A stretch of DNA of 64,000 bases from Octopus bimaculoides. Its lineage: Eukaryota. This document shows positions 24,139 to 36,927 of this stretch, piece by piece. The stretch is taken from contig NC_068984.1 in NCBI RefSeq assembly GCF_001194135.2, positions 147,566,840 to 147,630,839 of the forward strand, written 5' to 3'. Made by a program: the position numbers and the translations under genes. The notes under the pieces are model-generated. The model was given only the letters and a program-made list of their open reading frames with translations, searched no databases and had not been told where the DNA came from. The first letter of the stretch is position 1. Every line of letters begins with the position of its first letter.

Positions 24139-27100
24139 ATGGTGTATTAAATGTGTTCCACAAGGCAGCAGTTAAATACTAGAAAACCTGACATACTTAT
24201 GGGACATGCGAAATTGAAATATAAACATATACATGCTCTTTCTCTCTCTCTCTCACCCCCACCCCTTCTCTCTCCAATTTTGTGTTGGTTTTCTGCACCA
24301 ATCACAGGTATTGCTGTGAAAAAATAGGGGTTTGTAGATGTAATGGCATGCGTCATTGAAACTGAATTAACAGAAGACTCTTGAAGGTGGAGCAATCTCG
24401 GTTGTTGTTGGGGAGGAGCATCTTAACTGAGGAGTTAGAGAAGATAATGGTAAAAAGATTATTCTGTGTAGCAGCTGCAGAGGTGGTGGTGGTGGTGCAG
24501 TGTTGCTATGTTTGCTATCTGTTCCCCTATCATCCCTTTATTTTCCCAACTCCAGATGCAAAACTGCTTCACAAGGTGGTGCTGCTGCTGCTGCTATAAC
24601 CTGAGGTGATAAGTTTAGTTATAGGGTCCCAAGTTTGCATTGATTTGGCAGAGTTGTTTCTGGTCAAAGGCTGAAACACTTTTGCTGATCGTTCAATATA
24701 TTGATAGGCCCAGGCATGGCTATTGTAGTTTAGAAGCTCACTTTGCAACCATCTGGTTTTCGGGCCAGTCCCACTGGGCAAATGTCTTCTATAGATACCT
24801 CAGGCCAACTTTTGAGTGAATTTGCTTAGACAGAAACTGAAAGAAGTCCACTGTGTGTGTGTGTGTGTGTGTGTGTGTTCTCACCCACTCTCACTGCTTC
24901 ACAACCAGTTTTTGTTTGTTTACATTCCTGTAACTTAGCAATTTGGAAAAAAGAGACCAATAGAATAAGTACCAGGCTTTAGAAGTACAAAGGTTAATTT
25001 GTTTGACTAAAAACCAGTGAATGTTGTGCCCACAGTCCAGTGACTGAAATAAATAAAAGAAACAGACAATATTCTCTTAATTTGTAGTAGTGTATGTTTT
25101 AAGTCACTGCAAAGTGGATCCCTTGTTGAGGCTCCCTTCTTGATTAATTCTAATTTTGACATAAGACCAACAATTTTTAGGGGTTTCAGTTAGTTGATTT
25201 CTTTGGCTCCATTACTTCACTGGTCCTTTGTTTTATCTGATCAACCCCAGTACTTGATTGCTATGATATTTTATTGACTCCAAAAGAATGTAAGGCAAAG
25301 TTGGCCTCCATGGGACTTAAACTCAGTGTATAATCTTTGGTAGCAGGCACCAAGGCCACTCACTGTTCCATTATAAGGACACTCTATAAAGACTTAGAAG
25401 ATAAATCTGAAGACACAGGAATCAGAAGCACTAAAGCCATCTCTGACTTTGAGGCAGCCAAGATGTACACCCTAAAAAAAGAAAAGGACCCACCACAGAG
25501 CCAAGCCCAGATGACAGAGATGACTATTGCAATGTCAGCCACTGAATTTGCAAATCCTGGATAAGTTTGAACTCCCACATGAGAGACAACATGATCAAAC
25601 AGTGAACTAAGGACACTATTCACATGTGTCTTGTTGTTGAACCCTCATTCATTGCATGTGACAAGAGAATCCAATATAATGGGTGACCTTATCAGCAATT
25701 TCTTTACAATATTTCATACATTTAAAATCGATCAGCCTGTTGTCTAGAATATTTTACAATGTAGATCAGGTCAGGTATTTGGAATGCACTGTTGCTGCAT
25801 CCATCATTTGTCAGCAATTCCTGGTGGATGATGTGTCTGCACCACTCAGGTAACAACCCTCTGACCCATGAATCTGTCTGGGGTAGTTGGTGATTTGTTT
25901 TACCATGTCACAGTACAAGTCCTATCCCAATCTCTTTTAATCACCTTTTGACATTCAGAGGAAATGTCAAATCTATTGTTTGGCATGCCATTCAGTACAT
26001 TACATTCAGGATATGACATGCCATTCAGTACATTACAAAATGTAGTTTTGGATAGAATGTGATCCTCAACTTTCCAACCTTAAATAAATCATTAATATAC
26101 GTAGCTCTTTGTTGTTCCCCTCATTTTCACCTTTTGATGGTTTCTACTAAACTTCTCACATTCACACAAGTAGGAATGGTATTGTTTATCCAAACTTAGA
26201 TTTCCTCATCAGTAATTATTCTGTGAAGCTGTGAAGACGACAAAGATGTCAAAAGTCTGTATGATGTCATCAGCCTTACTTAATGGAAGATGATGAAAAA
26301 ATTTTAATCATTGTTTAATATTATATTTTTCTAGTTTACATCATTAATTCTTTATACATTAATCACCACACCCTTATTATCTAGGTGTGTAGTTAAGAAC
26401 CTTGCTTCCCAGCCATGCGGTCTCCAGTTCAGTCCTACTGTTAGGCACCTTGGGCAAGCATCTTCTACAACTCTGGGCTAATCAATACCTCTGTGAGTAG
26501 ATTTGGGAGATAAAAACTGAAAGTCTATTGCGTGTGTGTATACCCTTTTCTTGTGATGAGTGTTCATTGTTTTTTTTTTTCCATCTTCCCTGAAAACCAT
26601 GTCTGGTTATGAGAAAATATCCCCTTGCTTGAAAATAGTTATGGTTTGGTGACAGGAAGGGCATCCAGCTGTAGGAAATCTGTCATAACAAATTCCATCA
26701 GAGCCATGCAAACATTGAAAAGTAGATGTTAATGCAATGATGATAGTGGTGATATTTATAGTTTAAACTTTTAAGACTCTTATAAACTGATGATGTTAAT
26801 TCCTGCTTAATTGTGATAGTTTGTAGTTGGGTTTTCTTTCTTTTTTTTCTTTTTTTTTTGCCTTCAGGGAAGAACTTGAAAGAACAAACTTCTCACTTTG
26901 CTCTGTCACAACTTAAAACGCCTTGTGTATTTGTGTGTGTATTGAAAGGATTATGGAAGTAGTGAGATTAGCATGGAATTAATACAGTGTGCAAGTGTAT
27001 GTGTAAGACTTACACCAAGCTGGACCACTGCTGGCTAGATTATATATTACATTTGTTTATCTAATCTTACTTCACCGATACTACTAACAAGAATTTGTTA

Positions 27101-27156
27101 ATTACTGCTTGACTAATGATTCTAGCTAGTATTTAATCATCCTTCTGACACAACAA

Positions 27157-27480
27157 TTATTGTTATTATTGTTGTTGTTTTACTTCTCAGAGCATTTGGT
27201 CTCGTTTGCTCTGGCTGATTTTGTGAGAGCAGACAGCAGCCTGCTGTCAGAGATCTCCCACGGTCTCTTTCTGCACATTATAAGCTTTGATAATTAGTTG
27301 TTAATTAATGTGGAAGATATTCAACACCCAAGTACCAATCTCAAAATCCTAGCTGTCCCCAGCAGAGCAGTTTTTTAGGCTTGTGCTGCTCTCATGTCAA
27401 TTGCGATTTCTCTGATATATTTCTTGAACTTGGTTGTTAGTGCTTTTCTCTGACATATTTCTCAAATTTGGTTGTCAGTG
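27157..27480 (-). mobile_element. Short 3' fragment of a third R4/Dong-like LINE
   Basis: Minus-strand TTKFKKYIREIAIDMRAAQA*KTALLGTARILRLVLGC*; TTA/TTG microsatellite on both sides. Confidence 0.75.
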
Positions 27481-27831
27481 CTATTATTGTTATTGTTATT
27501 ATTATTAGTTTTTCGTCATCTTTCAGTTTTGTTTCCATTTCTGGCCGTATCTTCCCCAACACTTAGGGCAATAAAGCTCATTGTATACATTGATTGGCCA
27601 TTTAAAGGCAAGTACCCCCTCCCTCATCGCCCTCTTTCGATCTATAGGCACATACTCAGAGCAGGCCCATTTGTCTGGACCATTCTTGCCACTCTCACCC
27701 ATCTCTCAACAAGTTTGTTAGAAGGCACTATTTTCCTCTCCATCTTCCCTTTCCACTTCAAGTTGAAGCTGTCTGTCTTCAACCGTTTCTTTATTAATAA
27801 TAATCTTTTTTTTTTCTTCTTTTCATTGCAG

Positions 27832-27935
27832 AAGTACTTTCACCGTTTGTAGTGGCTTACGATGACATTATCAAGGGACCCGTGGCAACATTTATTGCCC
27901 TCTCTTCCAAGATTAATGGCAATGTGAAGATCCAG
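27832..27935 (+). CDS. CAP1: CAP common exon 2 (start of HFD): (E)VLSPFVVAYDDIIKGPVATFIALSSKINGNVKIQ
   Basis: Long polypyrimidine tract and TTGCAG acceptor; CAG|GTAAG donor; phase 1 to 0. Aligns by eye with the CAP1 segment [32 protein letters not shown]. Confidence 0.95.
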
Positions 27936-28562
27936 GTAAGTATTGGCAAACAAAATCCCACACTCACTCAGTCATTGGATCGAGTGAGGCCATACTGGGG
28001 CACTACCTTATTTTATCCATCCATCTATTTTTCTCTGCCCACTGTTCTTGTTGAGTCCATAGCCACCACCTCCAACATTGAGGCCCACCAGAAGCAACCG
28101 TCATTAACACTTTCCAGTTGCATTCCCAAACATGACAAATGAGACTATGGATGTTATCTAACCATTTTCTTTTTAGTCTACCCCCCTCCCCTAGGACTGC
28201 TGCTGTTGCTGGTAAGGCTCAGCATGAAGAACATTTCTTGCAATTCTTTCCTCTGGCATTCCCATGACCATAGTGCCAGAGCTGTAACTTCTCAGTGCCA
28301 AGAAGTAAGGCATTTCATTGTTTTATTCTTTTGCTTCAGTTTCATTATTGTGATGGTACAAAACCTGTGATGAGCAAAGAAAAAAGTATGCTGTTACATG
28401 TGTCATTGTCTTGTTCTATGATAATGTCCAACCTTCATACAGGTGTGGCCAACTTATTGAAAACTGTAATGGTTGGAGAGTGGGTGGTGATGCTGATAGA
28501 AGTAATAGCGGTGGTGGTGGTGGTGATAGTTGTTGCTGTTGTTACTAAAAGCAATGGCTATG

Positions 28563-28940
28563 ACACAGGTGTGGCTGTGTGCTTAAGGAGTTTGCTTCCG
28601 AATTAGAAGGCTCTGGGTTCAGTCCCATTGCATGGCACTTTAAGCAAATGCCTTCTCCTATAGCCTCGGGCTGACCAAAACCTTGTTATATATGTGTGTC
28701 TTTGTGTGTCCTCTTGTCTAGACATCACGTGATGGTTGTAAATGAGCATCCCTGTCATACAAGCAAGGTTATTTTGCTTCTGGTCTTCCATGAAAAATAT
28801 ATCTAGCTATGGTGAAATATTACTTTGCTTGACAATGGATAAGGGTCAGTGACAGGAAGGGCATCCAGCCATAGAAAAGTCTGCCTCAATAAATTCCATC
28901 TGACCCATGCAAGCATGGAAAAGTGGACGTTAAATAATGT
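28563..28940 (+). mobile_element. tRNA-derived SINE, representative of the most abundant family (other copies or parts near 5862, 9180, 24712, 26380, 35875, 37305, 40573, 47690, 53040, 63070)
   Basis: Recurrent head GGTGTGGCTGTGTGGTTAAGAAG...GGTTCAGTCCCACTG..TGGCACCTTGGGCAA and tail GGAAGGGCATCCAGC..TAGAAA...GACCCATGCAAGCATGGAAAA.TGGAC.TTAAA, repeated across the window in both orientations. Confidence 0.85.
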
Positions 28941-29519
28941 TGACCAATATGGAATATAGTAATATACTCAGAAACACAAAAGACTCAGGATTTGCCCTGT
29001 GAAGAAGTCCTTCTCTACCTCACCCACTGTGCTATTTCATTTGTGTATAAATGCTAAAGTTACAAACATCAAAATAAAACCACTGTATTGTAAGCTTCCG
29101 TCTAGAAATTACCACTAACGAGATCGCCTAATTTTATTTCAATTAAAAACCAAATTAAATTAAACTAACGTTGAAATTGTGAGCAAGTGGAATAATTTTC
29201 AGAGCTTACTTATTTTTGTCATAAATTTCACTGGTTTACTGTTATTAATTATATTTAGACTTTCACCTGAGGTCAAGACAATTTAAAGAAAAATCTCGTT
29301 AAATGTTACTGTTATCTTGAAACGCAATTACTATTTTATCAAAACTTTAACATCAGTCTATCAAGAAATTTAGAATAGAAACTAAATGTAATAAACTCAA
29401 ACATAATGGAAAAGGAAGGCATCGTAGGGGGCGATGCATACCCTGCACACAGATAAATTTTTTCGCAAATTATAAGCTTGAGAAAAATGAAGTCGGTATG
29501 CTTCACTGGATATGCAATA

Positions 29520-29730
29520 TCAGTGTGCATGTTCAACAGAGTGTAAGCATCTTGAGAGAAAAGTTAGGCATAAGAGGTATTAGATGTGGTGTGCAGGAGA
29601 GATGACTGCACTGGTACGGTCATGTGATGCATATAGACGAGGACGGTTGTGTAAAGAAGTGCTGATCTGTAACTGTGGAGGGGATCAGTGGCAGAGGTAG
29701 ACCCAGGAAGACACAGGATAAGCTTTGAAC
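29520..29730 (+). mobile_element. RTE LINE 3' fragment
   Basis: Nucleotide similarity to 32550-32700 (GAGAGAAAAGTT.G.CATAAGA...TGTGGTGTGCA.GAGAG.TGACTGCA); LR..LGI...WYGHV motif. Confidence 0.7.
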
Positions 29731-30430
29731 CTCACAGAAGCAATGACTAGTGACTGAAACCTTTGGTGATGTACTCTGCTTAAGAGGAGTCATCGAGCCA
29801 GAGGCACCCGTGCTGGTGGCACATAAAAAAAAAAAATCAACCTTTGAATGCTGGGCCTCACGGAGGCAAAGTGGCTGAGTACCTTTCAAGTATTGGGCCT
29901 GACAGAGGCAGTGTGACCGAGTTCCTTTTTTAGTTTGGGGCTTCATGGAGGCAAAGTGGCTGAGCTCCTTTCAAGTGTTGGGCCTCACAAAGGCAATGAC
30001 CATGACCTTTGACATTGTTGTGCTTGAGAAGAAGACCCATNNNNNNNNNNACAAAGGCAATGACCATGACCTTTGACATTGTTGTGCTTGAGAAGAAGAC
30101 CCATCAAGCCGAGCAAGATCACAGTCCTGGCAGATACCAGTGACACATAAAAGCACCCATTATGTTCTTGGCGTGGTTGGCGTTAGGAAGGGCATCCAGC
30201 TGTAGAAACTCTGCCAGATCAGACTGGAGCCTGGCGCAGCCTTCCAGCCCAGCCAGGCCCTCCAACGCATGCCAACAGAGACAACAGACATAAAATGATG
30301 ATGATGGATATATGGTAAGGTGCAGGTGGGGGGGCTTGAATCTAATATAGTTGTTGATTTATTTATTAATGGAAATTCCATGCATGAAGTAGCCTGTGTG
30401 TTGATATGTTTTTTTTTTGTCTTCTTCCAG

Positions 30431-30508
30431 GCCGCTATGGTGCAGGAAGCTTTCAATGCTCAGCGAAGTTTCCTTGTTCAAGTATCTCGCAGCAAAAAGC
30501 CAGCAAAT
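30431..30508 (+). CDS. CAP1: CAP exon 3: AAMVQEAFNAQRSFLVQVSRSKKPAN
   Basis: TTCCAG acceptor and AAT|GTAAGA donor; 78 nt, phase 0-0; HFD helix similarity. Confidence 0.95.
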
Positions 30509-31243
30509 GTAAGAAGTTGTCTCTTTATTTTGTCGGTCACCTATACATTGGCCATTGTTTTACAAATAATAAAAATATATTGTTTCCTTGAAATATTTTT
30601 GTATATTTAAAGATGGAACATGTACAACAACGACAACACTAATCAAAACTAAAACAATCAATTTACTGAAAGAAAAGATTACTTCTTATCTTTATGTAGA
30701 ATTTGTCTACAACAGTAGATGTTTCCAAATCAGGTTTGTTGTGCCATCAATAGTTATTAAAACACCCTTGTTTAGAGAAGACCATTTTATGAAAAGAGGT
30801 GTTCAGTTACAAAATGCTCAGAACTGTTGCTTTGTGACCCCCTGTAGCAAATCACAGTGTCTAGTTTACAAAACTCTCAGCCATTTACTGCAAGCCAGCT
30901 TGCTGGGGAGTTCATAGGTTTCATTTGATGTTTACCCTGGCTGATAATTATCCTAAACAAGATGAAGTTAATATGTGTTGTCAATGTATTTGGTATTGCA
31001 AAGACATGCAGCCTAGTGGTGAGGATGTTGGGCTTATGATCATTACATCATTGGTTCAATTCTTTGAGCAAGATATTTCATTTTGCATTGCTCCAGTTTA
31101 CTGAAGAATAAGTACGAGCCTTCAGCTAGGAACACAAAGAGCTGCATTGAATACTGCTAAGCCTCCACTCCATCACTCTAGAATGATTTTTCTTTAACTG
31201 AAGGTTGATCTTCTATAAATAGCTGAGCCTTGGATCGTTCCTG

Positions 31244-31284
<41 letters not shown>

Positions 31285-31294
31285 NNNNNNNNNN

Positions 31295-31339
<45 letters not shown>

Positions 31340-31575
31340 GATGTCATGCTTAGTCAAAAACAGGATGATCAAGATTATGTCTATGTTTGTTCCTAACTTC
31401 ATACACACCTAAAACAGTGAAAGGACTATCCATGCTCTCAACTCATACTTGCCAGTGAGTTATGGCTCTGCTTTATTATTTGAAACTATTTTGCTAAAAA
31501 CTGAAAATAACATTTCTGAATTTATTCCATGACTGTTTAAATATTGTTTTTTGTTTGTTTTTTTCCTCTTCTCAG

Positions 31576-31629
31576 GAGCAAATGAACCACCTTTTGAATC
31601 CAACAAGCTCTAAACTGCAAGCTATTCAG
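31576..31629 (+). CDS. CAP1: CAP exon 4: EQMNHLLNPTSSKLQAIQ
   Basis: CTCAG acceptor and CAG|GTAAGA donor; 54 nt, phase 0-0; corresponds to the LSDLLAPISEQIKEV region of CAP1. Confidence 0.93.
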
Positions 31630-32139
31630 GTAAGATGTCTTCATGTGTTCATCAGGATTTTACTGAGACAGGTTTTATTATGTACACTGCCTTATATGGC
31701 ATATGACCTTCATTTTGTGTTAGTGAGAAAATGCTGCTGTGAAAATTGGTTCTGTGTTTTTAGACTTCAGGTTTGACTAAAGACACAGGCATGGTCATAG
31801 ATAGCTTGAGGTGTGGTTATGAATCCCCGTTATGTTAACCAGGGTGATTGATATTATACATCACTCAAGTAAAGATTTAACCTTATCACTTGGTGCCTTG
31901 GATTCCTTTAGCAAAGTCCACCCTCTTACAAACTTTTGGTTCAGGATTTCAGTTTCAGGATACCTTCATCTCTTCTCCACCCCATAATCTTGGAGAACCT
32001 GTGAAGAATCATGGATGCTACCTTTCCCCTTGAATAAACAAAAAAAAAAAAATAGCTGAGCTGAGGTTACACAATATCATTCTCTACCCAACACTATCTC
32101 CACCTAGTAGCCCCACCATAGTACCACCATCCTCTTTTT

Positions 32140-32720
32140 CACACATTACCGTGAAACTCTATTATACATTGCAAACCTATCAAAGGAAGGCTAACTGGCA
32201 AAATAGCTTTTGTGTGTGGCAAATGCACAGGGGCAATAAACCCTGAAAATGTGTAGAAAACAGCTTCTGTCACATGCCAGGGGAAAAAAACTGGAAGTAG
32301 TTGATAGCTTCTGTTACCTAGGTGACCAAGTCAGTAACTGGGGTGGATCTAGAATAAGAATAGGCTGCGCAAAGTACAGAGAGCTCCTACCTCTGCTGGT
32401 GACAAAGGGCCTCTTGCTCAGAGTGAACGGTAGACTGTATGACGCATGTGTGTGAACAACCATGCTACATGGCAGGGAAATATGGGCCGTGACTGTTGAG
32501 GACATGTGTAAGCTTGTAAGAAATGAAGCTAATATACTCCACTGGATGTGTAATGTTAGTGTTCATACATGACAGAGTGTAAGTGCCCTGAGAGAAAAGT
32601 TGGACATAAGAAGCATCAGTTGTGGTGTGCAAGAGAGATGACTGCAACTAGTATGGTCATGTGATGTGTATGGATGAAGACAGCTGTGCGAAAAGGTGTC
32701 ACACCCTAACAAGCCAAGTG
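32140..32720 (+). mobile_element. RTE LINE 3' fragment
   Basis: FVCGKC...LEVVDSFCYLGDQV...RIRIG.AKYRELLPLL..KGL.LRV.GRLYDACV; same family type as the element at 58-60 kb. Confidence 0.85.
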
Positions 32721-32759
32721 AGACCATAACCGTGGCCTATGCCAGTGTTGCATAACCAG

Positions 32760-33285
32760 CCAATTCAAGAATACCCTTCAATCATTGGGCAATAAACTAT
32801 GCTTGCGAAGACCTGTTCAGTCAAGTGAAATCATTGTCGCAGCCAATGCCTGTACCACCTGACTGGTATGTAAATAGCACCATTTGAGCATGATTCATGC
32901 CAGTCCCACCAGATTGGCTACAGTAGCCAATGTGCCATACGAATGTGGTTGATGCCAGTGCCACCTGACTGGTCCCATGCTGGTGGCATGTAAAAAGCAC
33001 CATTCGAGCGTGGTTGTTGCCAGTGCTGCTTGACAAGTTCCCGTGCCAGTGGCATGTAAAAAGTACCATTCGAGCATGGTTGATGCCAGGACCGCCTGGT
33101 GGCATGTAAAAAGCACCCACTACACTCTCAGAGTGGTTGGCTTTAGGAAGGGCATCCAACTGTAGAATCCTTGCCAGATCAGATTGGAGCCTGATGTAGC
33201 CTTCTGGCTTGCCAGTCCTCAATCAAACTGTCCAACCCATGCCAGCATGGAAAGCAGACGCTAAACGATGATGATGATGATGATG
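32760..33285 (+). mobile_element. SINE with internal tandem GGTGGCATGTAAAAAGCACC repeats and (GAT)n tail (related copies near 8230-8620, 13756-13975, 29770-30300, 35050-35420, 47390-47640)
   Basis: Shared segment AAAAGCACCCACTACACTCTC.GAGTGGTTGG..TTAGGAAGGGCATCCAGCTGTAGAAA and ATGATGATG tail seen in several copies. Confidence 0.8.
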
Positions 33286-33649
33286 ACCTTCATTCTTATT
33301 TTACAATTAATTTGCATTATGAATTTAAAAGGTAAAAATCTCTTTGGGGCAAAATTGACATCAATTCATTTACATCCTAAAGGATAGAGAGTTTCTTACA
33401 GACTGAAAACAGCGGCAATTGTGTCTTTTGATTCCATTCTAAGAATAGCTAGAGATTAAACTACAACCACAGTGGACAATGGCTAGTAGTAGTCCTGAAG
33501 AACTAGGTCATATTACTATTTACCCTCAATAAAATCTAGGTTTCTTTTTTCTTTCTTTAGAGGTTTATATATATATATATNNNNNNNNNNNNNNNNNNNN
33601 NNNNTATATATATACCTGTACATATATATGCATATACTCATTGATTATT

Positions 33650-33690
<41 letters not shown>

Positions 33691-35009
33691 TCCAGTATTT
33701 GTTAAAACAGTATAAGCCCACATCAAAAATAAGTAAATAAAACAAATGATTCTGATAAAATCCCCAACCAACACAATTATAACTCCAAATCTCAAAGGTT
33801 GAATTAAAATAATTAATGAAAGACCTATTATTAATATCATATTAAAATATGAAAACATTTTAATCTATAACTTCCGGTGTTATTATTTTACTCTTAAACT
33901 GTTTCTTGTCCTTTCACCAAAAGTAAATAACTTTTTCAAATTAAATATATTAATAAATCATAACAATCGCAAGAATAATCTGTGTGAACTCACATAAACC
34001 CCTCAACGGTCCAACCACCTTTGTTGTACAACATACATCATTCTTCTTGTTGCATTTGTCTAGCACACTCCTGTCTGGAATCTCCTGTCACTGAGGTATT
34101 ATTAAGATGACTGAAGTTCATGTGAAATACATTCGTAAAATGCTGGTTTCAATTGATTTAATACTGAAAACCTATCTGACTAGTTTAAATCCTCACACTG
34201 TATACAAATAAGAAAAACAGGTTAGCAGAAATAAACCACAGTTTATTTCTGTATCAAGCCATATGCTCTAATGTAACCTATCTGGCACTGATCGCTCATT
34301 AGCCCTGTCTTGTGTGTCTCTTTCAAATGGACTTCCCGAAGTGATTTTGTGTTGTTGTTTTGTAAGCAGCTCTTCTTATGATGGTCTCTGTCAACAAAAT
34401 CTTTATTATTTATATTATGAAGGTTTTTTTTATTACATTGTTGTTGTTGTAGGAGATGTTAGACAATCTTTTTTTAATGGTTATATTCCCACAATATATT
34501 TTTAGAAATGTATTGCATATGAGTGACAGAGAAGAGAAAGTAGTTTGTGAAAGTATGCTGTTTACGTTGAAGTATTGAGGGGACTCTATAAAGTAATTAT
34601 TCTTTGAAGCTCTAAAATTTGGGTTGTATGAGTCTTGGGGAGTGTTGTAACCCTGAGAAAGAAAATCTTACTTAAGAAGAGATTTTAGAATTTTTATTGT
34701 GTCACCATGTTTAATGCTGGTGAGACAATAAAACGGACAAAACCCACTGTAGAGCAGTTGGTAACAAGAGTATCCAACCAAAACCTTATCATATACAGCA
34801 ACAAAGATTGGCAGCTTTTTTTTTTTGCTGTTATTGTGTGCTTTAGATGAAGGACTACAGTAAGTGCTGGAAAAGACTCGTCCAACATACGTCAACATGG
34901 GAAAATGAACATAAAATGATGATGGTAATTACATGTGAATAAATGCATCCATCTAGATAGGTGCACAACACTCAGTCATATATGTATAAACATACATCTT
35001 GTATGTATG

Positions 35010-35051
<42 letters not shown>

Positions 35052-36837
35052 ATCATCATCATTTAATGTCCATTGTCTATCCTGGCATGAGTTAGACAGT
35101 TTGACCCGGGCTGGTAAGCTGGAAGGCTGCAGCAGACTCCAGTCTGTTTTGGCATGGTTTTCTATGGCTAGATGCCCTTCCTAATGCCCACCACTCCGAG
35201 AGTGTAATGGGTACTTTTAGGTGCCACTGGCAAGGGTACCATTTGCGTGGCACCAATATCTGTCACAAGTGCGGTTTTGCTGTGCTTGATGGGTCTTCAC
35301 AAACATGGCATAATGCCAAATGGTCTCAGTCCTTTTCTCCCTGAGGCCTAATGCTCAAAAGAGTGCTTTTACATGCCACTGGCACAGGTGCCATTTGTAT
35401 GACACCAGTATCTGCCATGACTGTGAATTTAAGTGTTGTGTATGTTCACTGTCTATGGCTACCTGGTATTATCCATGGTAATTGCACAATTGTCTTTGAT
35501 GCTACCTCAGGAATTCCTCAGTGTACATTGAGTATAAAAGAGACAGAAAATGGTATACAAGGGAAACTTAATTGTTCACGACGATTGTTTTGAGATGTCT
35601 TGTGTTGATCCGTTGTTGGTGGGGAAAGAACGCTAACAAAATGGTTTTATTAAATGTGAGCGAAACCAAGATCATTTAACAAGATAACGTTTATTACATC
35701 ACCTGACGAAATGCTTCTGCCCTGAGGGGGTCCACCACAACTAGTTGTATAGTTTCCCACCCGCAAGGGATCAATGCAGGGTGTCCAAACGATCATTGGT
35801 AAGCCAAGAAGTTTCCAGTGCATTCCATTTTCCATTTCTATCATCTGTTATATCTATAGACACACACACACACACACAGGCATGGTGTAGGCATAGATGT
35901 GTCGTTTTAGTTTCCTTCCTGACCATGTAGTTTTGAGTTCAGTCCCACTGCACAGCACCTTGAGCAAGTCTTTTCTACTATAGTTCCAGGCCAACCAAAG
36001 CTGAGTGGATTTGATAGATGGAAACTGAAAGAAGCCTGTCATATATGCATGCATGTGTGTGTGTGTTTGTGTTTCCTCTTGTCTTGACATCCTTTGGTGG
36101 TTGTAAACCAGTCCTACAAGTGAGGGTCTTCATTTCAAGTCTTCCATGAAAAATGTCTGGCTATGAGAAAAGACTTCCTTGCTTGGTAACGGGTGTTGGC
36201 AATAGGTAAGGCATCAAGCCATAGAAAATCCATCCCCCAAAATTCTGTCTGACCCATGCAAGCAAGAAAAAGTGGACATTAAATGTTAGTGAGGAGATGC
36301 AGTACTAATTTTTCTACATCACCGAGTAGACTTATTGACCTACATATAGAAGATAGTTATTGCATTTAACCTATTTATTTGTCTCTTAAATCCTGACTAC
36401 TTAGGGAAATCATTCCATGGCCAACAGCAGTTAGAACTTCCTGCTAACCCAATGACTTTTCATTGGAATTTGGTTGCATTAATTATGTTTTTTTTCTCCT
36501 TTCCTGTCCCTCATCATATCGAAGGGAAAAAGTGTGGGAATATGGGTCTCCATCTCAGGCAGAAAATTAATCATTTATCTCAAAATAGAATATTATATTA
36601 AAAATATAAATTAAAGACAAACTAAGAGTGCAACACTTTAGCATAGAAACTATTGTATTATTTTAGAATAGCTGATCAAAGCAAAAGCCACACTGTTAAT
36701 TGGGAAATTATTGAATCATTGTGTGTATATGGGAATGTGTCTACATAAACTTGTATATATAAATAAATAAAACAGAAATGTTATGTAAAAATTTCCAAGT
36801 AATTTTGTTTACCAGTTATATGTTCTGTCTCTTTCAG

Positions 36838-36927
36838 GAATTGCGTGAGAAAAACCGTAGAGATCCATACTTTAACCATTTATCAGCCATCAGTGAATCA
36901 ATCCCAGCGCTTGGATGGGTAACTTTG
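36838..36927 (+). CDS. CAP1: CAP exon 5: ELREKNRRDPYFNHLSAISESIPALGWVTL
   Basis: Contains the family signature REKNR...FNHLSA.SESI.ALGWV; TTTCAG acceptor and TTG|GTAAGT donor; 90 nt. Confidence 0.98.

Noticed and set aside
25360-26330. Possible Penelope GIY-YIG remnant (minus-strand CMKYC...HYIG) with CTGATGA motifs
   Set aside because: It is too decayed: the frames are full of stops and I could not fold a convincing hammerhead stem II. An HMM search would be needed.
29418-29437. GCATCG-loop-CGATGC hairpin as a Helitron 3' end
   Set aside because: There is no CTRR terminus at the expected distance downstream.
29987-30104. 54-bp direct duplication
   Set aside because: The two copies sit on either side of a 10-N gap, which is typical of an unmerged contig overlap.
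35660-35720. GAAA...CTGACGA arrangement as a type II hammerhead
   Set aside because: The bases flanking the core cannot form stem II.
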